From NCBI GenBank assembly GCA_038087875.1, contig JAXLNO010000446.1, positions 248,001 to 312,000 of the forward strand: DNA of 64,000 nt. Direction: 5' to 3'. This document shows positions 1 to 12,391 of this stretch, one piece after another. The notes beneath the pieces were generated by a model. The model was given only the letters and a program-made list of their open reading frames with translations. It was not told the DNA's origin and made no database searches. Made by a program: the position numbers and the translations under genes. Within the stretch, counting starts at the first letter, position 1, and each line of letters starts with the position of its first letter. The stretch comes from Malacoraja senta (Eukaryota).

Positions 1-39
1 ACGACTCAATTCTTGAATAACCACACTTCATACAGACTG

Positions 40-225
40 AAGGAATCTTCTTCTAGTCGAGTCCACACACAAGATTAGAAGTTGTTCAGCCAGAGCTGAA
101 CACACTTGTCGGCATCTGCATACAATGGTGTCTGTCTTGTCACTTCTTGTGCTTCTTGTGCGTGGTGGTGGAAAGATTGGTGGAAACAGGGCTGCGATCG
201 ATGTGAACGCACTTTCCATGACCCC
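40..225 (-). repeat. Interspersed repeat fragment, probably the 3' end of a non-LTR element with an (AGA)n tail; inverted second copy at 2347-2520
   Basis: About 180 bp is the reverse complement of 2347-2520. That copy reads ...VQLWLNNL* followed by a short UTR and gacaagaagaaga. Confidence 0.5.
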
Positions 226-551
226 CACTGATGGAGTTTGACACTGGGATAAAAAGCAGGAACCTCAAGTCTGTGCTGGCTCTATACAAGGACAGTCAAG
301 CTAGTCCCACGTTTCTATCTTCATGGAGTCACAGAGTCCTAGAGCTGTACCGCACAGAAACAGGCCCTTCGGCCCATCCTGCCCATACCGACCAAGTTGC
401 TGGAGTAGTCCCATTTGCCTGCATTTAGCCCATCACCGTCTAAACCCTATCCATATATCTGTGCAAATGTGTGTTAGTAGCTTTCGAGGCCTGCTAAGCC
501 GCAGCAAGTAAGGGTTTCATTGACCTGTTGCCAGTGGTAGGCCCCCCTCAG

Positions 552-1050
552 TCATGACTGACCATGGGTGATGCATCCTAGTTGTTGGCTGCTTGCTCCA
601 AACCTTGGCTGGAGCAGCGTCGCTTGCGGCTGAAGAGACCAATGTGGGACACAGTCTCTGTGGCAAAGGTCACATTTGTGTGTGTGGTCAGTGGTTTGTT
701 GAAGTTGCTGTGCTCCTTTCTGCGTGCCAGCTTGTCTGCCGCTGCGTTCAACAGTTCCTCTTCCCCCGTTTTGAGATGTTGGTTCAGTGTACCTCTCCAC
801 CTCGTGCGGTCAGCTGCAAGGCTCTCCCAGGACTCCACATCGATGTCGAGCGCCTTCATATCTCTCTTGCAGACATCCTTGTAACGTAGCTGGGGGCGTC
901 CGATGGTTCTCCTCCCAGATGTCAGCTCTCCATAGAGGATGTCTGTTGGAATACGGCCATCATCCATCTGGTGGACGTGGCCCGGCCACCGCAGTCTGCG
1001 CTGCCTGAGTAGTGTACATACTGGGAAGGCCAGCGCGAGACAGGATCTCG
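552..1050 (-). mobile_element. RTE-clade LINE, 3' fragment (C-terminus downstream of RT)
   Basis: ORF 578..1153 contains LRQRRLRWPGHVHQMDDGRIPTDILYGELTSGRRTIGRPQLRYKDVCKRDMK, the typical RTE C-terminal motif. Confidence 0.85.
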
Positions 1051-1054
1051 ACGT

Positions 1055-2025
1055 TGGACACTTGACTAGCGGAGTTCCACAGGGGTCGTTGCTGGGGAAG
1101 TTACTCTTCACGATGAATGATTTGGATGAGGGATTTAAAGGCTCTGTGGCCAAGTTTGCAGATGATATGTAGATAGGTGGAGGGGCAGGTAGTGTAGAGA
1201 AAGCAGAGACTCTGCAGAAGGACTTGGGAGAGTGGGCAGAGAGTGGCAGATGGAATACAAGGTAGCAAAGTGGGAGAGTGTAGGACTAGAGGCCAAAGCC
1301 GCAGAATAAAAGGACATACCTTTAGAAAGGAGATGAGGACGAATTTCTTTAGTCAGAGGGTGGTGAATCTGTGGAACTCTTTGCCACAGAAGGCTGTGGA
1401 GGCCATGTCAGTGGATATTTTTAAGGCGGAGATTGACAGGTTCTTGATTAGTATGGGTTTCAGGGGTTATGGGACGAAGGCAGGAGAATGGGCTTAGGTG
1501 GGTGAGATAAATCAGCCATGATTGAATGGCAGACCAATTCCAAAAGACGTGGTCTACGTTTTTGGACCTATTACAAGCATGAGGTGCAATAGTAATTTAA
1601 AAAATAAATAAATAAAGAATGGTATCAGGACCTGGTAATGGGAGGTAAAACAATAAAAACAGACTTGGTCGGTGGTTCCCTTTCTGCGATTGTTCCTACT
1701 TTCTTTTTCTTTCTTTTCTAGGATCTGCTTTCTTACTTTACTTCCTTCTCTAACTTCTTTTCTAAGGGGCTTTCTTTTCACAACACTCTTTGGCACTTCA
1801 CGACTCTTGCGCACTTTCTTTACTTTTCTTACTTCTATCTTTCTCTTAAAGCTAAAAAAAAAAATGAAGCGGTATAAAAAATGTACTAAGATATAAGTGT
1901 TGTGTATTACTGTAAATTACCGTACTTCTAATAAAAATAATTAAAAAAAAAAAAAAAAAAATGATTGAATGGCAGAGTAGACGATGGGCCGAATGGCCTA
2001 ATTCTGATCCTAGAACTTATGAGCC
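1055..2025 (+). mobile_element. Degenerate, internally deleted CR1 LINE fragment, interrupted by an L1-like insertion
   Basis: TSGVPQGS..., KFADD and FFSQRVVNLWNSLP motifs. The CR1 3' UTR resumes at 1961 after the insertion. Confidence 0.85.
1534..1960 (+). mobile_element. 5'-truncated L1/Tx1-type LINE 3' end with poly(A) and 16-bp TSD
   Basis: TSD atgattgaatggcaga at 1518-1533 and 1961-1976. AATAAA near 1930, then poly(A). The start reads QFQKTWSTFLDLLQA*, resembling L1-clade ORF2 ends. Confidence 0.75.
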
Positions 2026-2346
2026 TTGAATGACCACAATTCCAGCCAGACTGAAGGAGTTTGACACCAGGCCAATGATTCTGTGACGGCTTCCCTTTCA
2101 GACACCGCTCGCTTTCACACACCAACATTGAATCTAATCCCACTGCCACTCCAGAAGTGAATGCCAGACCCCAGCCAGTCACTGGGCGAGTGTCAGTATA
2201 GTCAGGCAGAATGGCCCGTTTTGTGGTGTATGACTCGATGACCATTCTTGGGACATGGATAACTGTGTTATTAGTAATGCAGCATTACAGGTCTCAGCTG
2301 CCCTTCTGACAGGCGGCAGCACTAAGCATGAATCATTTGGTGTGTC

Positions 2347-2520
2347 GGGGTCAAGGAAAGAGCGTTCACGTCGATCGCGGCCCTGTTTCCACCAATCTTT
2401 CCACCACCACGCACAAGAAGCGACAAGACAGACACCATTGTGTGCAGATGCCGAGATGTGTGTTCAGCTCTGGCTGAACAACTTGTAATCTTGTGTGTGG
2501 ACTCGACAAGAAGAAGATTT
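2347..2520 (+). repeat. Second (inverted) copy of the repeat at 40-225
   Basis: Direct sequence comparison by eye. Confidence 0.6.
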
Positions 2521-2994
2521 TGCGTATCGGTCACTTGTTTCCACATTAGAGGTGCTCTACCATATATCTTGCATCACCTATTAGTCTTTGCAGATTAATT
2601 TCATATTACCCAATAAAAATCCTTTAACCAATCAGTAAAGTAAACTTTGGCATCTTATCAGATTACAATACATATATCAACGATAAATGTGCTTTCTACC
2701 AAAGGCTTTGAGCTGAACTATTATTAACTGGCTGTACAAAAATAGCCCAAGATTTCAGTTTATGTTATCATCCTTGTAACAACTTAAAAGTCAATTGAAA
2801 ATACGTGCACAATAATAGTTTAAGTAACTTGCATTTAATAGAATAAATTGGTAAGTGTGTAGAATCAATTTAATAATGCATCTATTGACATCACACCTCA
2901 CATATCTTCCATTCCTAGATTTACGAGGCTCTGCTTTGTATCCCAGTGTCAAACTCCTTCAGCCTGGTTGAAATTGTGATCATTAATGAATCGA

Positions 2995-3281
2995 GTCTTT
3001 AGAGATACAGCATGGAAACAGGCCCTTCAGCCCACCGGGTCCATGCCGACCAGCGATTAATTACCCTGTGCACTAACACTACCCTACACACTAGGGACAA
3101 GTTCACAATTTTACCGAAACCAATTAACCTATAATTCCCAGTACGTCTTTGGAGAGGGGCAGGAATGGAGGGCCGGAGAAAACGTACAAACTCCGTACAG
3201 ACAGCACCCGTAGTCAGGATCCAAACCAGGTGTCTGGCGCTGTGAGGTAGCAGCTCTACCCCTGTGCCACCATGCTGCCCG
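2995..3281 (-). mobile_element. HE1/V-SINE-like tRNA-derived SINE
   Basis: Reverse complement of the tRNA-like head ggcatggtggcacag..gtagagctgct..., the central domain and a CR1-like 3' tail. Confidence 0.85.
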
Positions 3282-3567
3282 TCAAGAGTCTATATACGTA
3301 CCGACAACTGATCAATGAAACCCTTACTTGCTCCAGCTTAACATGCCTCCAAACTGATTAACACGTACATAATATATAATCAATAATACAATAAATTAAT
3401 AATCATAATAAGTGTTTGAGGCAGACATCGTGTGCTGAAGGGTCTGTTCCTGTGCTGTACTTATATGCGTTCTATGTTTTATCTCAGCTGCTAATTATAT
3501 CTCACCATTCCCCTATCTCTTTTCATATTTGCTCCGTTGTGTTTAAAAATGTAAATATGTAAATGAT

Positions 3568-4010
3568 GCGGCATGGTGGCACAGCGGTAGAGTTGGTGCC
3601 TTACAGGACCAGAGACCCGGGTTTAATCCTGACTACGGGTGCTGTCTGTATGGAGTTTGTATGTTCTCACTGTGACTGAATGGGTTTTCTCTAGGTGCTC
3701 AGGTTTTCCTCCCACACTCCAAAGACGTACGGGTTTGTAGGTCTGAAGAAGGGTTTCGGCCCGAAATGTTGCCTATTTCCTTCGCTCCATAGATGCTGCC
3801 GCACCCGCTGAGTTTCTCCAGCACTTTTGTCTACCTTCGATTTTCTAGCATCTGCAGTTCCTTCTTAAACAGGTTTATAGGTTAATTGGCTTTGGTAAAT
3901 TGTAAATTGTCCCTAGTGTGTGTAGGATAGTGTTAATGTGCGGGGATCGTGGTCGGAGTGGACTCGGGTGGGTCGAAGGGCCTGTTTCCATGCTGTATCT
4001 CTAAACTAAA
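3568..4010 (+). mobile_element. HE1/V-SINE-like SINE interrupted by a Penelope pLTR fragment (about 3742-3870)
   Basis: tRNA-like A/B-box head ggcatggtggcacagcggtagag...gggtttaatcc and a ctaaactaaa tail. The insert is flanked by ggtttgtagg / ggtttatagg. Confidence 0.85.
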
Positions 4011-4424
4011 ATAAACAGAAATAAACAAAATATATTTGGTATGCCTCTGAACACTCCAACCAACTTTGAACAGGCTGGTGGTGTGTTGTATTATGGGCGC
4101 TATGTAGCATAAACATAGAGTTTGGGAGACAGACACAAAAAGCTGGAGGAACTCAGCGGGTCAGACAGCATCTCTGGAGAAAAGAATAGGTGATGTTTCG
4201 GGTCGGGCCTTCTTCAGACTCAAGAGGCGACATCTTGGGTTGAGACCCTTCAGAAAAAGGGTCTCTACCCGAAACGTCACCTATTTCTTTCTCCCAGAGA
4301 TGCTGTCTGTCCCGCTGAATTACTCCAGCTTTTTGTGTCTATCTTTGATTTGAACCAGCATCTGCAGTTCCTTGCTACACATGGAGTTTGTGAGTACTGG
4401 TTTGGATGACTACAATATGTCTAT

Positions 4425-5015
4425 GACAGGGCCTTGGTGAGCCCACACCTGGAGTATTGCGTACAGTTTTGGTCTCCTAATCTGAGGAAAGACATTCTTG
4501 CCATAGAGGGAGTACAGAGAAGATTCACCAGACTGATTCCTGGGATGGCAGGACTTTCATATGAAGATAGACTGGATAGACTCGGCTTGTACTCGCTAGA
4601 ATTTAGAAGATTGAGGGGGGTTCTTATAGAAATGTACAACATTCTTATGGGGTTGGACAGGCTAGATGCAGGAAGATTGTTCCCGATGTTGGGGAAGTCC
4701 AGAACAAGGGGTCACAGTTTAAGGATAAGGGGGAAGTCTTTTAGGACCGAGATGAGAAAATCATTTTTTACACAGAGTGTGGTGAATAAGTGGAATTCTC
4801 TGCCACAGAAGGTAGTTGAGGCCAGTTCATTGGCTATATTTAAGAGGGAGTTAGATGTAGCCCTTGTGGCTAAAGGGATCAGGGGGTGTGAAGAGAAGGC
4901 AGGTACAGGATACTGAGTTGGATGATCAGCCATGATCATTTTGAATGGCGGTGCAGGCTCGAAGGGCCAAATGGCCTACTCCTGCACCTATTTTCTTTGT
5001 TTCTATGTCTATTTC
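4425..5015 (+). mobile_element. CR1 (HER1-like) LINE 3' fragment, (TTCTATGT)n-tail subfamily
   Basis: ORF 4434..4916 [12 protein letters not shown]...LEFRRLRG...WNSLP is the CR1 ORF2 C-terminus. Confidence 0.95.
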
Positions 5016-8000
5016 TAGGCAACACAATTTGGGAAAGATTTTGAAGGGCGTACAGGAGAGAATATCAACAGTTCATGGGCGGACGGGCTCTGGACGCATT
5101 GAAAAAGCTGCGATTGTTGTTCTTAGAGAAATGGAAGTTTAAAATTTGGATGAAACTAAAAATCCCAAAATTTGGGTGAAGACACACAGATTTATACAGT
5201 CTTTGTAAGATAATCAAAAACTAGAGGACATAGGTTTAAAATGAGAGGGGCAAGATCACCTCCAGTTTAAATTCCATTTGGAATATTTTGGAGGCCCAAG
5301 AAACCAAGAACATTTAATAGGAACCTGAAAGGCAATCTTTTCACTCACAGGGTGGTGGGCATATGGAACAAGCTGCCAGAGGAGGTAGTTGAGGCAGGTT
5401 CTATGAAAACATTTAAAATATACTTGGACAGGTACATGGATAGGAAAGGTATAAAGGGATATGGATCAATCATGAGCAGATGGGGCTGGAGGAGATGGGA
5501 CATCTTGGTCAGAAAGTCACGTTTGGTGGAAGGGTGTGTTTCCGTGCTGTATGACTCTATGACTCCAAGCTTGAAAGAGTCGACATAAGAGGGTGTCACA
5601 CTTAGCTGAGGAATTCTGAACTATATGTAACAGTCACAAAATGTGAGAACTGAAATGATTCTCAAGTGGAAGATCAGCCATGAGATTGTCCTGAACATGG
5701 GTTTAAGGTGAGGCGGGAAAGATTTAATAGGAACCTGAGGGGCAACTTTTTCACACAGAAGGCAGTGAGTATATGGAACGAACTGAAAGAGGAGGTGGTT
5801 GAGGCGAGATTTAAAAGAGACTTGGACAGGTACATAGCTAGGAAAGGTTTAGAGGGATATGGGCCAAACGTGGGCAAATGTGATTAGCTTTGATGGGGAA
5901 TCTAGGTTGGCAGGGACAAGTTAGACGGAAGGGCCTGTTTCATGCTGTGTGACTCTGTGACTATCTGTGACTCTACAACTAGAGGGCATAACTTTAAGGT
6001 GAGAGGGGAAAAGTTTAAAGGGCTTTCAGATAGGCACATCGATATGGAGAGATATAGACCATATGCAGGCAGAGCTGATTAGTTTAACTAGGCTCATGTT
6101 TGGCAGAGTCATGGCACAGATGAAGGGCCTGTTCCTATGCTGTACTATTCTGCATGTTCTATTCACCCTATCATGATTATATGAACCTTGCCCAAAGTAG
6201 GAGAATCAAGAACCAGAAAACATAGGTTTAAGATCTGGGGGTAAAGATTTAATAAGAATCAGAGGAGTAACTTCTTCAGACGAGGGTGGTGGGTGTATGG
6301 AACAAGCTGCCAGAGGAGGTAGTTGAAGGAGGGACTATCACAATGTTTAAGCAACATCTAGACAGGTACATGGATAGGACAGGTTTAGAGGGATATGGAC
6401 CAAGCGCAGGCAGGTGGGACTAGTGTAGATGGGACATGTTGGCCGGTGTGGGCAAGTCAGGCCGAAGGGACTGTTTACATGCTGTATCACTCTATGACTC
6501 TAATAGGAGGCCAGATAGCAATTCCTTTCTCCACCAACAGGCTTGATGTGGTATCAAATAAAATCTACTCTGAATTATTCTGCTTGGGAGTTGGACCAAA
6601 GTCTTCTGTTTGCTGATGAATTATTATCCATCTCAGATTAGAGGTATCAGCACTTGGAATGTAACATATTATACTTGGCAGCATTTTATCAAATAATTCC
6701 TTCCAGTTATAGAATAATCTAGGCATAATCCTCTGTTTGTTTCAAACCCACACTCACCAAACCCCTTCCAACTGCACCTTTTGTGCTTGTTTACACGTCC
6801 CAAAGAAGTTATCAAAAACAAATAACTCACATCAAATATTAGCAAATGGTGCTGGAGAAATACTCAGAGATGGGCTTAAAGTGGCAGCTTTGAAAAGGCT
6901 TCTTTTGTATGGTGTGGGTTAGAACATAGAACAGTACAGCATGGGAACAGGCCCTTCGGCCCACAATGTCCGTGCCGAACATGATGCCAAGTTGAACTAA
7001 TCTCCTCTGCCTGCACGTGATCCATATCCCTCTATTCCCTGCATATCCATGTGGCTTTTTAAAAAACTCTTCCACGCCACAATCGTATGACCCTAAGACC
7101 ATAAGCCATAGGAGTAGAAGACCATTATTCGGATAATAGGGTCTGCTCCACCATTCAATCATGGCTGATCTATCTCTCCCCCTCAACCCCATTCTCCTGC
7201 CCTCCCCATAACCCTGTAACCTCATATCTGCCTCCACCACCATCCCCGGCAGTGTGTTCCAGGCACTCACTGTGTAAAAAACTTGCATCACACATCTCCT
7301 TTAAACTTTCTCCATCTCACCTTTAAGCTATGGCCTTGAATCTATGACGTTTCCATTCTGGGGACAATTGTGTCTACTGTCTGTCTATCCATGCCTCTTA
7401 TAATGTTATACACTTCTACCAGGTCTCCCCTCAGTCTCTGATGCTCCAGAAGAAGCAATCCAAGATTGTTTAACATAGATACATAGAACATAGATACATA
7501 GAAAATAGGTGCAGGAGGAGGCCATTCGGCCCTTCGAGCCTGCACCGCCATTCAATATGATCATGGCTGATCATCCAACTCAGTATCCCGTACCTGCCTT
7601 CTCTCCATACCCCCTGATCCCCTTAGCCACTCGGGCCACATCTCCTTAACCTCTCCTTATAGGTGATATCTCCGAATCCACACAGCATTCTGATTATCCG
7701 ATTCTTCACTCTGTCCCAAGCCGCCACACCCTTCCTGTAATGGGTTCTTGAATGTAATGTGTGAAGCAGCTGAAACGACTCTTGCCGAGTGTGGGATAGA
7801 ATATTGCATTCCACCTGAGACCATGAAGTGGGTGCCACAAGTGCCAAGTGTGGAAAGGTACATAGTGTGCCCAAAGGGCCTGTTCTGTGTTGTACTTCCA
7901 CAACCTTTGAGAGTAAGTCACAGTACAAGATAATATAGCAAATGTACTTTGTGATAAATGTTGGCATGTGGACAGGAACGGTTTAGAGGGATATGGGCCA

Positions 8001-8199
8001 AACACGGGCAGGTGGGACTAATATAGACACGGCATCTTGTTCAGCTTGGGCAGGTTGGGTCAAAGATTCTGTTTCCATGCCGTGTGAGTATATGACAGCG
8101 TGAAGATTAGTTAGTAGTCAAGTTGACAAACAGCTTCTTCGCAGCCACCATCAGGCTCTTGAACGCTGCACAATACTAACCCCAAATATGAACTATCGA

Positions 8200-8725
8200 T
8201 TTGAGGAAGGACATTCTTGCTATTGATGGAGTGCAGCGTAGGTTTACAAGGTTAATTCCCGGGATGGCGGGACTGTCATATGCTGAGAGAATGGAGCAGC
8301 TGGGCTTGTACACTCTGGAGTTTAGAAGGATGAGAGGTTATCTCATTGAAACATATAAGACTGTTAACGGCTTGGACAGGCTAGAGGCAGGAAACATGTT
8401 CCCGATGTTGGGGGAGTCCAGAACCAGGGGCCACAGTTTAAGAATAAGGAGTAAGCCATTTAGAACGGAGACGAGGAAACACTTTTTCTCACAGAGAGTG
8501 GTGAGTCTGTGGAATTCTCTGCCTCAGAGGGCAGTGGAGGCAAGTTCTCTGGATGCTTTCAAGAGAGAGCTAGATAGGGCTCTTAAAAATAGCTGAGTCA
8601 GGGGATATGGGGAGAAGGCAGGAACGGGTACTGATTGGGGATGATCAGCCATGATCATATTGAATGGCGCGAAGGGCCAAATGGCCTACTCCTGCACCTA
8701 TTGTCTATTGTCTATTGTCTATTGA
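8200..8725 (+). mobile_element. CR1 LINE 3' fragment, (TCTATTG)n-tail subfamily
   Basis: ORF 8201..8596 has CR1 C-terminal motifs; tail ttgtctattgtctattgtctattg. Confidence 0.95.
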
Positions 8726-9087
8726 TTGTCTTTGGTTGCACTAAACACTTGGGATTTTGGCACTGTTACGTTCGTTATTAATACAGTATGTTGCATTTTT
8801 GTTTATTAATTTTATTGTGCTTACAAGCTTGTTATGTTTTACTACAAGTAAGAATTTCAAGTGTTGGTACACAGCCCGAGGGATCCGGGTTTGATACTGA
8901 CCTTGGGTGATGTCTGTTTATCCCATGCACGTTGTCCCTATGACCGCGTAAGTTTTCTCTGGGCACTCCAGTTACCTCCCACATCCCATAGACGTGCTGG
9001 TTGGTAGATTCATTGGCATCTGCAAACTGCTTATAGTGTGTAGGGAGTGGATGCGAAAGTGTGATCACGTAGACCTAGTGTGAACGG

Positions 9088-9448
9088 ACTTCTCCGTGGA
9101 TTGTCACCTTGTCATGGTGGAGAAGCTTGTGTGGACCTGAGATCCTGAGAGCGATGCCGTCTGGAGTTATGCTCCTGGTAGGGCCACCCATGGCGGTAAG
9201 GTCGAGGGGGAGGTCTCTGACAAAGAGCAATCCAACCAAGACCTCAACGGTGGAACAGGCGGAGTTAACGTGGGGAGACTGGTGCACAGACAGCTACCCC
9301 ACGGTCCTTGACAGATCTGGGTCAGGATCCAGTGGCATGGAGTCCAAGACGACCGGAGACCCTTTTCTGCTGCAGCCTTCATCCGCCTTCCCAGCCTTTG
9401 TCACGCTCCACTAAGGTCAGCCATCGTTCCTCCGCCTGTTCCACCGTG
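9088..9448 (+). mobile_element. RTE-type 5' UTR fragment with internal inversion
   Basis: caccttgtcatggtggagaagcttg...gggccacccatggcggtaaggtc resembles RTE/BovB 5' ends. A second copy lies at 42945-43168 (-). Confidence 0.6.
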
Positions 9449-9886
9449 CGGGTGTCTGGGGTTATGGGGAGAAGGCAGGAGAATGGAGTTAGGAGGGAGA
9501 GATAGATCAGCCATGACTGAATGGTGGAGTAGACGTAATGGGCCAAATGGCCTAATTCTGCTCCTATCACTTAATGAACATGAATAACAACAGCAATGTG
9601 GTTGATTCCTCCCACTGAAAGGAGCTGGGCAGCCAGCTCTCCAGAGGTGAGTGGGGTTGGACAGTGAGTGGTGTCCCTGCCAATGATGCACACGCCCAGC
9701 AACAGATGAAGCAGATGGAGCTGACACCTCGGTGTGAGGTGACTTGCATCTTGCTGGCAGTGAGTTGACACGTCCTGGTGGCCTGCTCTGCCTGTAACAT
9801 GATCGCATCACATGGTGCACAGGAGCAGCTTCCATTCTCTTTCTCTGCCCACTGTGACATCTCACCACCTGCCGCCCTTTCACCAG

Positions 9887-9953
9887 TGGTGAATATTCTA
9901 AAGAACTTTGAACAATTACCACTGCAATTCCAATTGTCAGGATGACAGAAAAG
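9887..9953 (+). other. Candidate host exon: 5' UTR plus ATG ACA GAA AAG (MTEK), ending at a strong donor
   Basis: Donor AAG|GTAAGT at 9953/9954. ATG at 9942 with a purine at -3. Possible acceptor ctttcaccag| at 9886. Lies in a repeat-free island. Confidence 0.4.
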
Positions 9954-10974
9954 GTAAGTCAGCTTTTTCCACCTGCTCCCCCTGTGTGTTCTGCAGCTGT
10001 CGGTGTTTTTCCATTTCACAGTTTGGTTTATTCACCATACACGAAGCACAGCATTATTGAGAGCTGCTTAAAAGCAGCACTATAGAGACCCACAGAACTA
10101 TATTTTAGCATGTGCATCACTGTCCTTCAATGCTTTATTTTATTTGGACAATATCCTTGACTTTACCATTTTACCAAGCCAAACCCACAAACCCTTTGGC
10201 GTGTGGGAGGAAACTGGAGCACCCAGAGAAAACCCACGCATTCCCAGTGAGAACGTGCAAACTCCACGCACAGACAGTACCCGAGGTCAGGATCGAACCT
10301 GTGTTTCTGGCAGCGGCTCTACCAGCTGCACCACTGTGCCGTCTTAACTATGGATAGCAAGGGTATAGAGGGCTATGGGCCAAATGCAGATGAAAGGGTC
10401 AAGCCTTTTATGAAACGAGCTGCCAGAGGAGATAGTTGAGGCAGATAGTATGACATCATTGTCCATGTGGACTGGTACATGGATAGGAAAGGTTTAGAGG
10501 AATATGAGCCAAATGCGGGCAGGTGGGACTAGTGTAGATGGGGCATGGCGGTCGGCATGGAGGAGTTGGACCAAAAGATCTCTTTCTGTGCTGTCTTTGA
10601 CAATCAGTCAGATGGCAGAGCTATGCCACATTAGACCATTCAAAGATCATCCCTTTCATTCCTCAACCTGTGAGTCCAGCAACTCCCAACGTGCCACTGA
10701 GCATCATCCCAATAGACGCCACCTTTCCATGCGACTGTAGGCATTGATCACTCAACACCTCACCTCCACCTCTCATGGCCTGACAGGGCAATATTGCAGC
10801 CAGCCTGGAACTTGACAGCAAGTTTTGCCCGGGAGTAAACAGGATTAAACAGCTCAATTAGCACAAACCTGCTGCTGAACAGATAAAACAACTGCCATGA
10901 TTTACGTTGCGAAATGGAGCTGAGTGAGAAGGAATGTGTGATAAGCTTCTGCAGGCACTAACTTAGTTTAGTCA

Positions 10975-11121
10975 TAGAGAGTTATAGTCACACAGTGTGA
11001 AAACAGGTCCTTGGGCAGATCAAAATGCCTCATCTACACTAGTCCCACATGCCCGTGTTTAGCCCACATCCCTCTAAACCTTTCATATCCATGTACCTGT
11101 CCAAGTGAGTTTTAAATAGCA
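10975..11121 (-). mobile_element. CR1 3' tail, left part; continues at 22386
   Basis: Breaks at ...atgtacctgtccaagtgagttttaaatagca. The expected continuation (gtagtacctgcctcaactacc) is at 22386. Confidence 0.7.
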
Positions 11122-12390
11122 CTGGACCAAGTCCCTGTCACACGGGAGGGCTGGTCCCCAACGCAATATTCCACCACTCACCCATAGCCCCCAACTGCGC
11201 AGGCGCGGCTGACGGAGTCACGGCAACCCTCCCCAACAGCGCCTCGCCATCACTCTTCCTACCCTATCCTCCTCCATTCCCCCTCATCCCCCAGCACTCC
11301 ATCCCCCTTCTCTTGACCCTCCTTCTTTCCCCTCCCCCACTCCCTCCCTCCCTCACCTCTCCCTCTCTCTCTCTCTCCTTTCCCCTACCCTTAGTCACTC
11401 CCTCCCTCCCTTCATTACCCCTCTCCCCTCCCTACCACCCTTGACGTCATTGGGAGGTGGAAGCTGCTGTGTCTTTCAACATTGATTTTTTTAAATGTAA
11501 ATGAGATCATAAAAACATAGAAACATGGAAACATGTGCAGGAGTAGGCCATTCGGCCCTTCGAGCCTGCACCGCCATTCATATGATCATGGCTGATCGTC
11601 CAACTCAGTATCCTGTACCTGCTTTCTCTCCATACCCACTGATCCCTTTAGCCACAAGGGCCACATCTAACTCCCTCTTAAATATAGCCAATGAACTGGC
11701 CTCAACTACCTTCTGTAGCAGAGAATTCCAGAGATTCACCACTCTCTGTGTGAAAAATGTTTTCCTCATCTCGGTCGTAAAGATTTCCCCCTTATCCTTA
11801 AACTGTGACCCTTGTTCTGGACTTCCCCAACATCGGGAACAATCTTCCTGCATCTAGCCTGTCCAACCCTTAAGAATTTTGTGCGTTTCAATAAGATCCC
11901 CCCTCAATCTTCTAAATTCTAGCGAGTACAAACCGAGTCTATCCAGTCTTTCTTCATATGAAAGTCCTGACATCCCAGGAATCAGTCTGGTGAACCTTCT
12001 CTGTACTCCCTCTATGGCAAGAATGCCTTTCCTCAGATTAGGAGACCAAAACTGTACACAATACTCCAGGTGTGGTCTCACCAAGACCCTGTACAACTGC
12101 AGTAGAACCTCCCTGCTCCTATACTCAAATTCTTTTGCCATTGTGACGTCATACGCCGCTTTCTGCAGTGCAGATAGAAGACATTTTGTCATACTGGGGT
12201 TTTGTAAAGTTTAAAATGTGAATAAGTTGTAAAACATACCATCAATCTGAACGAAACTTGATACAATACACCACAGGACCACGGTGAGTAAGGTGGACCA
12301 GAATTGTAGCGCTATTGTGTACCGTTTTGGTGTAATTCAGGACAAGACAGACAGACACAATAACAAACAAGATGAGAGTTTTAGTGATAT
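11122..12390 (-). mobile_element. Non-autonomous Helitron-like element, copy 1 (interrupted by CR1 at about 11507-12140)
   Basis: The + strand begins actggaccaagt (other copies: actagaccaagt) and ends acagacagacac...gagagttttagtgatat. Shares catagcccccaact..gcaggc with the 62330 copy. Confidence 0.6.
11507..12140 (-). mobile_element. CR1 LINE 3' fragment inserted in Helitron copy 1
   Basis: ORFs 11854..12192 and 11605..11853 carry CR1 C-terminal motifs. Confidence 0.95.
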
Positions 12391-12391
12391 A

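Noticed and set aside
40..2520. Inverted ~180-bp copies as TIRs of a 2.5 kb DNA transposon
   Set aside because: The copies look like retroelement 3' ends, no TSD is seen, and the interior consists of unrelated LINE pieces.
3568..3640. tRNA gene
   Set aside because: It is the tRNA-derived SINE head, continuous with the SINE core and repeated many times in the window.
9401..10019. Minus-strand ORFs of 173 and 150 aa
   Set aside because: No recognisable domain, non-ATG starts, and the longer one runs into repeats. The + strand splice signal is the better explanation.
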